Shown: positions 23,838-47,669 of the stretch, piece by piece | Numbering within the stretch: the first letter of the stretch is position 1 | How the letters are laid out: every line of letters begins with the position of its first letter | DNA from: Phoronis australis | Taxonomy: Eukaryota; Animalia; Phoronida | Assembly (NCBI GenBank): GCA_002633005.1 | Contig: NMRA01000001.1 | Location: 772,448-836,447 of the forward strand | Direction: 5' to 3' | Length of the DNA stretch: 64,000 nt | Made by a program: the position numbers and the translations under genes | Notes under the pieces: generated by a model | What the model was told of the DNA's origin: nothing | Seen by the model: the letters and a program-made list of their open reading frames with translations, nothing else | Database searches by the model: none

Positions 23838-26156
23838 GCAATATACCATCACAAAGTATTCACTCACTTTAAAAGCACCATTGGTCAAACCAGTATAACA
23901 CTAATAGGATACAATGTATCTAAAGGCCCATAAGTTGAGTTCCAGTGAGAAAGGGCACATATTAGTGTTGTCACACTATTAATTGCATTTTGTTTAGGAA
24001 AAGAAATTGATGTTTTGTATATCTGTGAGAAATGGCTATTGGTAACATGGGGACAACTGATATCTGAATCCCTCTAGAAGACAAGGTAACAATTTTGGAC
24101 AAAACATTTGAATTATGCCCAAATGCACCACTATGGATGCTTTAAAAGTGATGAAAGATTTCATTTAGACTTCCAAAAATTCAAAATAATCTCAGAAATT
24201 TCCGATAACTGATCGGAGTTAAGATGAAATCTTTTATCACTCAATCTCCTTCCCGATGAAGCTATTTACGAAAAAACTTTCATCAAGTTGTTGTTACGAC
24301 TAAGTTCCCCAGTGTACAAGATGGCAGCAGTAATCACTAATCCCATTTTGTCGCAGTGTTGTCTCATTAAAACTTAAATGGAGTAATAACAGAGTAGCAA
24401 ATGAAGTGCGCCTGTACACCGGCCTTTAAAGTAAACATCCTTACAACCTAACTGTATCACTTAAATGATCACATCATTTTCAACAATTTCATTTTAAACA
24501 CCACTGTTCTGCTGTTCCTGGCTCAATTCCCATCCCCTATTTTTAAATTTCTCAACTAAAATGCCCTGGGCATTAGTCTAAACGGATATACTACTTGCAC
24601 ACAACCTCCTAAAAAGTATTCTTTTTAAAATAAATTAAGATTGACAAGATTTTGCTCATGATAAACTGTCATGGGATAAAGTAGGCCATAATTATTTTTA
24701 ATAAAATAACAAACACGATAAATAAAAATGTTAACTCTTTGGTACCTACTCAACATGAAATTATTTATTACTAAAAATTACTAAACCACACCTGCAATTA
24801 CACAATGACATTTTGTTCATCGTATTCCCATGAACCTCTAGCAGCAATTGAACTACTAGCAAGCAATCTTTCATGACATTTCAGCATGAGCTAGCAAAAA
24901 GGGGCAGGCACCACAGTCAATGATTCACAAATCAAGCCAACTACACAAAATTCCAACTGCTTCATGAAACAACAATTTGCTTGGAGCTTGAGTTTTTAGC
25001 CAGCACAATCTGGATGGAATTTTGACAAAATACAGAACAAAATCGCAACACAGCAGCCAACCACACAGGTCTTACACTAAAATCATTATGAACAATCCTC
25101 GTAAATGACGAAAACTTTTCACACGATTAAATACAAAACCCCGTCTCGTCAACTGCATTTAAAAACCATGAATATCTTAGAAGCATGAAACATTCGCGAT
25201 AGTTTGTGTAACAATAATAACCACAACCTCAACCTCCAAATCAGATAAGAAGTTTGGCCCGAGCTCCCTGTGTCTCAAGTGTATACTACGAATAACAAGC
25301 CTCATGTCTACATCTATACGTGCCGTTACAACCTGTCAATTCAATCACCATGGATATTTCGTTTTGGTGTCCGCTTCCATATCCCAGTTGTATTTAACTG
25401 TATTCTTGTATAAACCTTCTGACGATTTCGCTCACAAATTACAAGCCTCTTATCTTGTATATATTCACTCAATGCCAAACAAGACTGCAGATATGTATCT
25501 CCGCTCGACTGCCCTTCGCATCACAGTCTGCTATCTCTTGTCTCTATGCACAAGTATCATTCTCATCAGCTTTCACTCAGTCTCCCTCCACATCACAGCC
25601 TAAAAACTTTGTCTCTGTATCAGAGGTGAAGTCCTAGAAGAAATAATTGGGGGAAGACTGAACATCAAGTGGAATAGAAGAGTAAAATACACAGCAATCC
25701 AATAAGAGTGAAACCTGACAGGAAATTTACTTTAATTTCAACACACAAAATACTAGAGAAAAGCATTTTAGTGATGAGTTGCATCTGTTAGCTGACGATA
25801 GTAAGGGGACGGCGTGTCCTCTCAACTACACACAAACAAGTGTTCAAACTTGAACTCCCTTTTGTGCTTTTGTAACAACAATGCCATTTTTGTACGGCAA
25901 TCCTAAAGGGAACACTATACACGCGCCGTTAGAGCCCAAAATTGTTGAAGCAAACTTAAAACAGAAAAACAGCCAGGCGTCTATTTACCAGAAATAAATT
26001 AAGAGCAACTAAAAATAGACTAATACTTTTTTTCATAAACATTGCACAGTCAAACTTTACTTGCTGCAGATGTCAGTCCCCACACTACACGTAGGTCCTA
26101 TATTTTCTAGTTTCGTGAGCACCTTGGCACTACTGATATCTCCGTTTAATCACCTC

Positions 26157-36791
<10,635 letters not shown>

Positions 36792-37324
36792 ATCTCCACA
36801 ATTTCATTAACCGGGCGATAATGTTGTTTTGGAATGCCTGGCACGAGCCAGTCAAGACGAATGACTCATTCGCCAATTAATCGGGTTTTCGCCACAGAAA
36901 GTCAAATATTAGTTTCAAGTATCACCTACAAAACTTCATTTCGTATACGACTTGTTCATCGGTATACACAATAAATACGAATGGGCTAAATAAATATAAT
37001 TAACGTCAAATCGGCGAAAATACCCGTTTTTAACTGCAAAAACAAAACCGGCCACTTCAGAGGTGTGTTTACGTCATAGAAATTTGTGTACCACGGAAAT
37101 CTGTGACGTAAACTCGTGTTGCCATGTTTTCCGTAGCAACCCACCATATTGTTCAGAGAAACAGTCGTGAAGAGAAGTTCCAGATCATAACTGGTTATTG
37201 CGTGGGTTGTTTTTAATTTTATGGGTTGGTTTCAAGTAAATTTGTGACATTTAAGCATAGAGAATCTAAAGATATCGGAAAAAAGTGATTTCAATTGTGA
37301 TTGAGAACTTTATTTGAGTGCACA
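36792..37324. promoter_or_regulatory. Bidirectional promoter SAV1 / RSPH4A with TEAD, AP-1, CRE-like and X-box motifs
   Basis: ATGs 534 bp apart. TGGAATGC at 36830-36837, TGACTCA at 36862-36868, an inverted TGACGTAA pair at ~37067-37113, and X-box-like GTTGCCATG/TTTTCCGTAGCAAC at 37118-37140. Confidence 0.65.
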
Positions 37325-40300
37325 ATGGCTGACACTCAAGTGAACAACAACAATTCCAAACCCCAGTCTCCATCAACGGAAGGGATGCTGGGATCAAAGG
37401 AGCAGGAATATGTCAACGCTAAGTCTTACCTTCTGTCATGTAGCACAGCAACAGGTTATAACTTGTAAGTAAAGTCACGGTTGTAGTGTAATTGAATTAA
37501 TTATGCCATTGGATTGAAACTCTGTTGTTACTGCAGTCATACTCTGCACTTCAGGCTCACTTTAAGTTATGTGTCCTATAAAGAACTTTTGACTTGCAAT
37601 TCCGTTCATTAAAGTTTCAGTAGAAACTTGTTGGTGATAGTTATTGCGTTGTCTTGCTATAGATCAACGTGGGCATTTGTGTCACTGTTTGTTTTTTAAA
37701 TTAAATTGTCTTGCCTTTGATTGCGAAAATCGCAACTTGTAAATGTTAACTCTTCAACAACTGTTAAAAATAGCTGCATGTGCAACTATGTCTTTCAGGT
37801 ATGATCATTTAAGCAAAGTTCTCACAAAAATCCTTGATGAACGGCCAGACAATGTGGTCGATGTTTTCGAAGATATTAGCAAAGAAACCAAGAAAGCAAA
37901 ATTTACACCAGACTTTGACACAGTACAGAACAAGTTAGACCAGTCTACAGAAGTCGCTCTGGCCACAATTCAGGAAAAATTATTTAAGGTTTGTAATGTG
38001 TTGTCCTCAATGAATTTAAATATTAGAAAAAAAGGTAATTTGCAAATAAATGTATAATGGTGTTGGAAATGCCATGGTGAAATTAGTATACCTCACACCA
38101 AAAGTTCTGTCGAATTACGATTTTTTACTTACTTTATTGAAGAGTAAGGTCTTTTTGTCATGATAACATGTACCAAGTGTAATAGGGACCTCAAATTAAA
38201 CATTTTTGATTAACTGTATTTAGCTTAAGCCAGTATTTTCAATGACCATTTGCTTTTGAGGTTTTCATTATCCAAAGTACTGTCAGTGTCTACATTTTTT
38301 CTCCAAGTGTAGAGGTTATAGTTCCAAGTCTCCTCATGAAATGGATTCTGTAACATTTGAGAATTGCTTCACAAGGATATCCAAGCACACGTACAGTTGA
38401 ATTCATTTGGCTATGTTTTGATTTCTTAGAAAGGTGATGGCGATGAAGAGGGTGCGGAGCAGGACGAGGAGGTGGAGACTCCTCTGCCCAATCTCATGGA
38501 GTTGGCCTTCTTCTTCGAGCAGGCCGCCATTGGCCTGAATCGTGAGGAGCTGTTCCGAATCTGGTTGGCCCTGAAGTTCCTGGTCGACAACCACCCCCTA
38601 CAGCACGTCAGGTTCTGGGGCAAGGTGCTAGGCACGGAGCAGAATTACATCGTCGCTGAAGTCGAGTACAGAGAAGGGGAGGAAGAAGAGGAGGAAGAGG
38701 AAGAAGAGGTGAGCAATAGTGGACAGAAGGCCTGGACCTGTGTCCGTTTCTCTGGCTGTAAATTTGCGTACAGAGGAGTAACGGCTAAAATTTGTCCTCT
38801 CCAACTTTTTATAAACTAGCTAAAAGTATTTGATGTAGAACAGAGGAGCGCCAGTCTTCTCAGACCCTCTCCCAATACACCGGGATCTAATTTCCAAACT
38901 CTGTCTCGATTCAGATTCTGACTCGAAAAAACTGTTTATGTTGAATTACAAGTTTGTAAGTTTGGTCGTAGTGTGCCGTACGCAATTGATCAATTTTGGA
39001 GTTGAGTTTTGCCTACAAAGATGAGACCCTGACCCAGTCGTAACAAAAATGGTCTTAAAAACTTTCAATTTGTAGGACTGAAATGGCGAGTAACTTACTG
39101 TTATAAAAATATTGTACCTTGGACTATTGTTATTGTTATTTTTGGATTGCATGGGGAAGGGATAGTGATCAAGTGTTCTCATCACTCAAAAACTCAGAGT
39201 CCGGCTATTTTACACACGAGACTGTGCATCTCATGTTTGCTCACGTGTGCTAACCTTCTGCTCATTGAAGCTTGCAGGTTTGACAATTCTGAAATTTTTC
39301 AGTCAAAACAAGGTTACACCTGCGTCTTACCAAACAAATTCAATTTAAAAAATTTATGGAACCTGCAATGGTCATTGGTTTTTTCCTATTGATGTCTGAC
39401 ACTGACAGTATCTGTTGACCTTTTAAACAGGCAGAGGCCGAACAAGAGGACGAAACTACAGAGAAGGATGAGGATGCCGATGATGGTGAGTAACTCCACT
39501 TTTCTGTTCTCTGTGTACACCGCGTTTTACGTCGCCTGCTTTTCCAACAGACCAGTGAGAAGGGAGACTCTCATTTGTGATGTGGGCTTTCATAAGACTG
39601 GCTAAAAGTATTGTTGGGTGTTTGCTTAACACTTCTCTTCTGCAAAAAAAAATCTTTCTTGGCAAACTCAAGTCACTTGAGCTATGGTAATTCTTCACTT
39701 GTTTCGTACAAAAATAATTGCCAAAATTGTCACTTTTCAGTTTTCATAATTAGGCTGATTACGTTATTGCAGATAACGGAAACTTGACCCATTGCTGCTT
39801 TGACAGCTATGCAATACAAACAAGTGACCAACTGCCTAAATATTTTTAAATCCAATTTGACAAAAGTGAAATTTCACTTGTCTGCCTTATTGTGTGCCAA
39901 CTAGGTGAAGAACTGAACCATACTCACTAGCAAGTTTTATAAGTTTTATAATTCTCAATTCTTGACTGAATTGAGTTGGGTGAAACCTTAAATAGTCATC
40001 GATATGTTGTTCACTGTTTGGTAGCATCTGCTTCTTTTTCTGTGCAGTCACATGTTAGACCCTTTAAGAAATTCTTCACTTGTGTTGTCTTGTTCAAATC
40101 TTTAGATCCACCAGATAAGGTCAGGGATGGTCAGTACGATTTTGAATATTATCCTTAAGTTTACACGTAGTTGATATAGGTTAGAAGTACGGAATAGATT
40201 TTAATTAACCAAGTTCATGTGCCATCTGTGAAATTTATTTTGCCACATTGTAGTAGATCACACCATAGACTGTTGTTTAATTAGGGTGTGTAATTAGTGA

Positions 40301-43300
40301 GGTGAGAATTATTAATTAGGCGTGTGTGTTCAGTTCAAGGCGACTCGGTCTACTTTGCAAAATCGTGAAAGTCTTCGCAAAGTATCGCCATGGTTACAAT
40401 CAGTTAGCACATAATGATTTTACTTGATCTCTCCAGGGAGTCTCCAGCATTACTGAATGAGTTCTATGTGGGGTACATTCCTTTGATTTCATTTTTTAAC
40501 GTTTGGTGTGTTAAGGTTTTAGTAAAATTTGTATAATGTGTTGAATCTGACAATTTGCTTTCTGCATCATTGCTGATTGAAGATCATTGAAGATACAGTT
40601 AGCTGCTGAGCTTGGTCTGTGTGTGTGGCATTTTGAGGAATAAGCTAGATAGAAAATTGTAAATATTAGTTAGTAATTGTAGCTATAATTATGTTATACA
40701 TATATTTGCTTGATATTGATCGTTGGTGTACAAAACAATGCTTGATAATATTGCTAAGAAGTTAATGCGCTTTTACAGCAAATATAAGTGACCTTTGGAT
40801 TCGTAAGTATTCTTGTCATGTCATTCTACTTGTGATACGAAATAGTAGTGTGCAAAAAGAATACAATACAATACATTAATGCAGAATAGATTTTCCACGC
40901 TGTGTTCTTTCTATGGTTATTTGAATTGTCGCTGAATCTCAGCTATCATGAGCTCAACATTCAATAGGTGGCGCTAGTGAAGCCATTACTATTCAACAGT
41001 GAAGGGCACGCATCTAGGCAGTCACATGGTAGGCACAACCTAATGTATGTAGAATTCTTGCACATTAGTGAACCCCTTTCTGTTCAATTTCTGATTCCAT
41101 TTTATGACCAACATAGGACCTTTTCTTCATCACCACCCTCTAGCAAATACTAAATTTCCCATTGCTGCATTAAGGTGCAAATGGTTCCATGGTTGTCATA
41201 GCTATAGGGCTTATATCCAATGAAGTAGGTGGTTAAAGGTCAATAGTTGATAAGGATGCGACCTATAGTGTCATTCTGATTATATAGACATGTTGCATGA
41301 ACACAAAAGCGTGACTTTGTCAATGGATCAGATGTATTAGTTTTGTTATCCTTATCTTGTGTGATGAGAGTTCAAGAGGTGTTATGTCTTATTGCAAGTT
41401 TGGTATCTCATCCGTGGTGTCTTCTGCTTTAAGGTTCTGTAGGCCCTTACAAAACTGTCAAAATTTGGCTAAATTTGAATCATAGTATCTGAAAAATGAC
41501 TGGTTTAATTCTTATGGATTAAAGACTTTTCTCCGAAAGGGCTGTGAGGAATTGTATTTAAAATGATCCGCTTTTGCATGAGAAAGGCTATGAATAGGAC
41601 TCTTATAATTTTTATTAAAAAAAATAAAGTTTCGTAAGACAAAAAAGAAATAATTTAGAAAACTGAGATTTCATCTTGCATATTAATAACATCAAATGTA
41701 ATTTGATCATATTGCTGATACCGGTGTGTTGCTATAAGTGTACTTTTTGTTAAATTTTGCTAAAAAAGACACGGTCACACGACCCAATTAGTGTCAGATT
41801 GGTTAAAGTCAAAAATGTTATTGTGAGGCGTACTTTCAGAAAATATATACTTTTACTGGGTTAAAATCAGAACTTAAATACGTAAATATTTGGCTTAATA
41901 CACAGTATTGTCAATATAAGGTGCTACTGACAACCAAATTAGTAACTTGAGAATAGTTGCTGTAATGTTCATGACTTGTACTGTATTAGTGACAGTTAAG
42001 AATCACTGCAACATGATTTTACAATGTAAGAAATAGACACTACATTTAAAATGTACACAACTTACATTGCACTTAGAGCTACACACAGCACCATGTTAAA
42101 AAGAATCTTTTTAACATGGCGAGATACTACTTTAACCTGGTTATAGCGTCGATAGAAGAGCATTCTGTAATGATTTTTTTCTACTAGATTTGCAGCCTTT
42201 ATTTTTTACCTTTAACCCCGATTCAGTTCTCTGGACATTTTTTCAGAGATTTCCTATTTGAAACATCATTGAGTATGCAGAGGGAATTTGTTACTTTTTG
42301 CACTCTTAGAGAAAGACAAGATTTTGACAAAAAGAAACTTACTGCATATTGTGACAAATAAATTGTGAACAATTCTTCCATTTTCTTTCATAGAAGAAGA
42401 ACCAGAGGATGAAATTCCCAAACCAGACTGGAAGCCACCTCCAACGATACCAAAGGAAGAGAACAGATTTGGCGCCAACAAGAAAGTTTACTTTGTCTGC
42501 AATGAGCGTAAGTAACTAGTGTTTGCACTTTTTAGGACAAAACTAAAGTTGGATGGTTTGCCTATTAGTTATTCAAAATTTAAGCGTGTTGCGGGCTGGT
42601 AATTCATTAAATCATCCAGTGATTGTATGGTAAAAAAGAAAAATAGCCACACACTGTGAAACTAGAAATTCTGTTGTTTTTTTATTTTAATTTTGAAGGA
42701 AAGACACGGGCCAAACATCAGAGCAACAGTTTGACATAGTCAGAGAAGGCACTTTATCACATTCGTTAAGGCTTTTAATTACAGTAGCAAAGTTGTCATC
42801 AGATTAGCAAAGCACTCTTCTATAGTTACCAAGGGAGGATGTGTATCAAAGTGTATTCAAGGCAATTTGTGAAGCTTACTTGACTACAAAAAGAGTTTGT
42901 TACACGCTTGAATGCTTATAAACAAACCCTCTATTTCATCATGATGTGATAGGAAACACTGCACGCACACAAACACACACACTGTAAATACCCAGTGTAA
43001 GATTGCTGCTTATACAATACAATTAATTAACAGTTCAATTCCTAAAGCGTTATTATTATCGTGTAACTTCCTACTACAGCTGGTAAACAGTGGACGAAGC
43101 TGCCTCCTGTAACTCCAGCGCAGATCCAGGCAAGTCGAAAGATCAAAAAGTTCTTCACGGGTCGTCTGGACGCGCCCGTCATCAGCTACCCTCCATTCCC
43201 TGGCAACGAGTGCAACTACCTGCGAGCTCAGATCGCTCGCATCAGCGCCGGAGCTCACATCTCCCCACTCGGCTTCTACCAGTTTGATGAGGAGGAAGAG

Positions 43301-46059
43301 GAAGAAGAGGAGGGAGAAGGTAGGGGGAGCCACTGTAGAGCTATTTTTTGTCTTTTATTGTTATTGCCAAAAATTTGTCCTCCATTAAGAAATACGTGTA
43401 GAGGGGGAGCCAAACAAAACTTGTTCTTGACAATTTTTTGACAGCATGACTGTGACTGAGTTTCAGGTTAATTTTGCTTTTGAAAGTGTGACTTAACTGT
43501 GTACATACAATTTGATTCTAATATGGTTTGAAAGATGAATGACGATATCTGCCTGAAAATTTTACTATTAATGGCTGAAAATGTTCACCATATTAGAGCT
43601 TCTCTTTAACTCTCCTAAATTTGTTTGTTTTCAATGCAAGGGTCGAAACCTTGCAGTAAACTATGGAATCCGTGATCAGTTGAATCTGAAGTATGTCATA
43701 AGAAGACATAAGTTTTCTTGTGGTGAAATTCTCAAAAGTACAAGACACTCACAAATTTCATTTTCCAATAACAGTTCTGATAACCGCAAACGGAAAGAGG
43801 CGCAGACCTAAGTTTTTGTTTGTAAGCCGAGGTATATTAAAGCATTTGTTGTCAACACCGTGAAGTTTATGAACACTGTACACTGTTATCATGTAGTATA
43901 GGACATTGCATGGATCACCATAGAGATAGAACGAGTCACACAATAGCGAGAAATAAATATAGGTTACCTATAAACTGTAGCATTTGGCTGCTAAGATGTA
44001 CGTGCGAAGTAATAGTTTTGTGCAACCACGCCCTCTTGCCATTTGTTAGACTGATTTGTTGTGTTGCATTTCGGAAAGTAATAGAATAGTAGTTGACTTT
44101 ATCTTGATGAATTTTAAGAAAAGCACATGGTTTCTTTGTTGCATGTTGTGTCATAGAGCATTGATTGTGTGTGGAGTGGCAACTCAGCACATTAGTCTAG
44201 AGTACATCACCATTACCGTGTTGTGCAGCAAAACAAGTTCTTGCAACTTTTTACTCAATGTGGCACCATTAAAATCTGACTTAAGTCTGGGTAACGTAAA
44301 ATAAAACTTTTTTTAGGTTTAATTTGCTTTTACATTTGGAGCTACAAAAATAGAGTTGAACCTTTATCAAAAATTACATGTTTTTTCATCATTACTCTGT
44401 CGTCTTCATTCTGTAAATTTTTCATTTCCTTCTTGCAGGCCGTGACACATTTGTGGAGAATCTAGATTTTGAAGGCATTCCTGTGCGAGATCTGTGCGAC
44501 CCTACACTGCAGAACTGGGTGCACCATGTTCAACATATTCTGCCTCAGGTCAGCCAAAAGATTGTACTGCTTACATTTAACTTAACTAATGTGCCACTAA
44601 TCTCTAATCAGTTCAATACTTGTTTTCAGGATTACAGTCTTGCTGAAAAAAATCCCGAGTACAATCATCGTGTAGTTCATTTAACCTTATAAACTTGAAT
44701 TCCTTTGGGTCTCATCACACCAAATCCATTCTCAGACCGTCCGAGACTGTCGCAGCATCTTGGTGAAACCGCCAGGGCATTGCTGTAAATGGCTAACTTT
44801 GGCCAGAAACAGGCACTGAATGCGACACCAAAGTTCTTACTTTTTCACTAGTGTTTCCAATGTTTATTCAATTTTCAATACAATTTCTTTGCGACGTGCC
44901 GGCATTCCTGGAGCGAGGTGAGATCTTGGCCTAGTATGGTCGTTAACATGATGCGTCATTTCCCGTTGTCACGAAAAACACTTGAAGCATTGACGAGTCA
45001 AAAACACTACTGATAGTCAAAAGCCTGGTGTGACAGTCGAGAATTTGACCACTTCTAATCACTTGTAGGTGCTGTCTCAGTTCCAAGTGAATGTAGAAAC
45101 CTATACTATCTTGACGTGTGTGAAACTGCAGAGTGTATAAGATGTGATGGCGGCACCATTGTTTAACGATTTTTTTCTGCCAACAGGGTCGATGCCAGTG
45201 GTGGAATCCCGTCCAACATAACGAGGATGATTTTGAGGAAGACGAGGAAGAAGAAGAAAAAGAAGAACCAGATGAACCTGAGCCAGAGATTGGACCTCCG
45301 CTTCTCACCCCTCTGTCTGAGGACGCCGAGATCGACGGTATGCCACCATGGACGGCAAAGATGTCATCGAACCTCATCCCACAATATGCCATCTCTGTGA
45401 TGAACTCCAACCTTTGGCCGGGGGCACATGCATTTGCTACAGAGAAGTGAGCCAACATTTTATTCTCTGATGAGTTTAATTTGTATTTTAGTGAATCAAA
45501 TGTGTATGGTAAAATTTATTTAAGCTGTGCACTCTTTCATCGAATCTATCCTGAACTTGAACCAAGTTCCATTCAACAATTGTTCGTTCATGTACTGGGG
45601 ATATCAGAGAAGTTTTGAATAATATTTCCTATATCGAAGGTTTAATACTCGTGAAAGCATATTTTATGAGATTCATTGTTTACACACAGGCCTTTGTCAA
45701 ATTACTGATGTTAAAATACACCCAAGTAATATTCTTCCTTATTTGCCGAATAGTACGAGGTCAAGCGTGAAAATCAAACAGCAATCAGTAATCTTGCTGG
45801 TCGCTTAACATTATCGACTGTTTCTTGCAGAAAATTTGAAAACGTCTACATTGGCTGGGGACACAAGTACTCATCAGAGAACTACAGCCCACCCCCTCCA
45901 CCTCCGGTACTCGAGGAGTTCCCAAGTGGCCCAGAAATCACGGAGGTTGAGGATCCAACACCAGAAGAGGAGGCAGCTTTGCGTGCTGCCCAACAGGAGG
46001 CGGCAGAAGCAGCAGAGGAGATGGAAGAGGGAGAGGAGGAAGAAGATGAGGACGATTAG
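37325..46059 (+). CDS. RSPH4A: Radial spoke head protein 4/6 homolog, 538 aa
   Basis: Exons 37325-37464, 37799-37988, 38430-38708, 39431-39485, 42394-42507, 43080-43319, 44439-44548, 45187-45446, 45831-46059 in frame (1617 nt). Motifs [107 protein letters not shown]. Likely co-ortholog of RSPH4A and RSPH6A. Confidence 0.96.
42091..42119. repeat. Perfect 14-bp-arm palindrome
   Basis: CCATGTTAAAAAGA-A-TCTTTTTAACATGG. Confidence 0.8.
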
Positions 46060-46393
46060 AATTTCACTAAAATGAGGATTTCTGTTGCATTTTGTACATA
46101 TAAAATTCATTGTTTCACCAGTGAACCCATTTTTGTTCCCAAAACTTGGGTAAAACAGATTTTTAAGTTCTGTTGGAAACATTGTCATAGGCAAATATGG
46201 AACTGACCTTTCTGGACACATTCAACGATTAACTTGGAGTGATCTTTTCACCTCTTCAAAACAACCCAAATACTCGTTTGAAAAATGTCAGTTTATTTTG
46301 GAAATCTAAAGCCGGTTTAATATTTATTTTGTATTGTGATAACATTCCATCAATGTTTGTATATAGTGACATTGTAATTAATTTTTATTTCAA

Positions 46394-46435
46394 AATAAAT
46401 TAATTACGTGTTAGTTCAGTTGTTCTGCTTTTATT
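46394..46435. terminator. Back-to-back poly(A) signals (RSPH4A on +, NPC2-like on -)
   Basis: AATAAA at 46394-46399 (+) and TTTATT at 46430-46435 (-). Confidence 0.45.
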
Positions 46436-47360
46436 TTCAAAATGTGCGCATGAAAAAATCAGTTTAATACAACAATTGAGCAATTACCGACACGGATGAC
46501 ATCCTACCTAACACCTATTCACTTAGCCAGTTTTCTAAAATACTCTCTGAAATAAACACTCAAAGAAATTGAGTGGGACCACACCTGTGATGGTGATCTA
46601 GTACATCAGAAAATAGCGTGTCTGCTTTCCACTATGGCAGAAGCTTTTACCTGATCACTATGATGCAATCAATAACGCGCCTTTCACGCGCAAGGGTTAT
46701 TGGTGAAAATAGTCCTCTGTGCTCAAATTGCTTCGATTCTTAGGCATTATAAGAACATGATATGAAAACTGGGGTTCCTGATAAAAACAAATCTCTATGC
46801 TCCACAATGAGTATGCTTGCAATTGCAGACATGAAAAGCAAACACGTGGAGATTACCAGTTACATAATAATCATTCCCATCATGATAATCATCACCCCAT
46901 GATTAAATGGTACCACCACCTGCCTCTTACCACTACTATTATTCAACAATGGGTGAGATAAGCAGATTAAGATAACTTATGGTGTCAGAATTATTGGCAT
47001 GACAATGAGCGTAAATATCCTATCAAACAATAGCATAATGTCAATGCACTCTGGAAGCTGTTTGATGAACAATAAATAGCAATGATTCGTAGTACCGCAA
47101 AAAGTAAAACAAATGTTCCGCCACCAAGTTGGTAAAAAAGAATGAAAAACCTACTCGAACATTGGAATTGCTAAGAAGTCGTCAACTTAATACTTTTAAC
47201 AAATTTGGATAAAGACAAAGTGTAAGCAGCACTTGACTATTGCTTCACATACAGACAACAAGATTGTGAGAAAAGGTAATTAAAGCTGAATAAGGTGTAT
47301 AAGATACCTGAGGACTTGGACTTCTTCAAAAAATAAGCCAAAAAATGATGGCATTCGCCT

Positions 47361-47633
47361 TTAACGTTGCTCGGTCCGAGTTTGGCATATCAGATGGATA
47401 AAATTCAAATTAAACCTAACTTTTTGCACTTTATACAATCATCAACATGTAAAAATCTCCATAGCCGAATGTCCTTGAATTCTCCAATAATCATAAAAAA
47501 TAATTGGGGTCCCCAGAAAATGTGATCCGGGGTTATTGTTAGAGAATGCAAATATCAAAAGATCAGGACAAAAAATTTGGTTTAATTTAAAATTTAGCCG
47601 ACTTATTTACCAACTCAGGTCCAACACCTTTAA
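47361..47633. mobile_element. TTAA-flanked MITE just downstream of the NPC2-like stop
   Basis: TTAA at both ends. Inverted sub-terminal arms aaattcaaattaaacctaacttttt / aaaaaatttggtttaatttaaaattt. Confidence 0.5.
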
Positions 47634-47669
47634 ATATTTTTTCTAATCAAGTAAAACCAACTGCACACT

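Noticed and set aside
44943-45458. 171-aa Ser-rich minus-strand ORF
   Set aside because: Antisense shadow of the Glu/Asp-rich RSPH4A exon 8.
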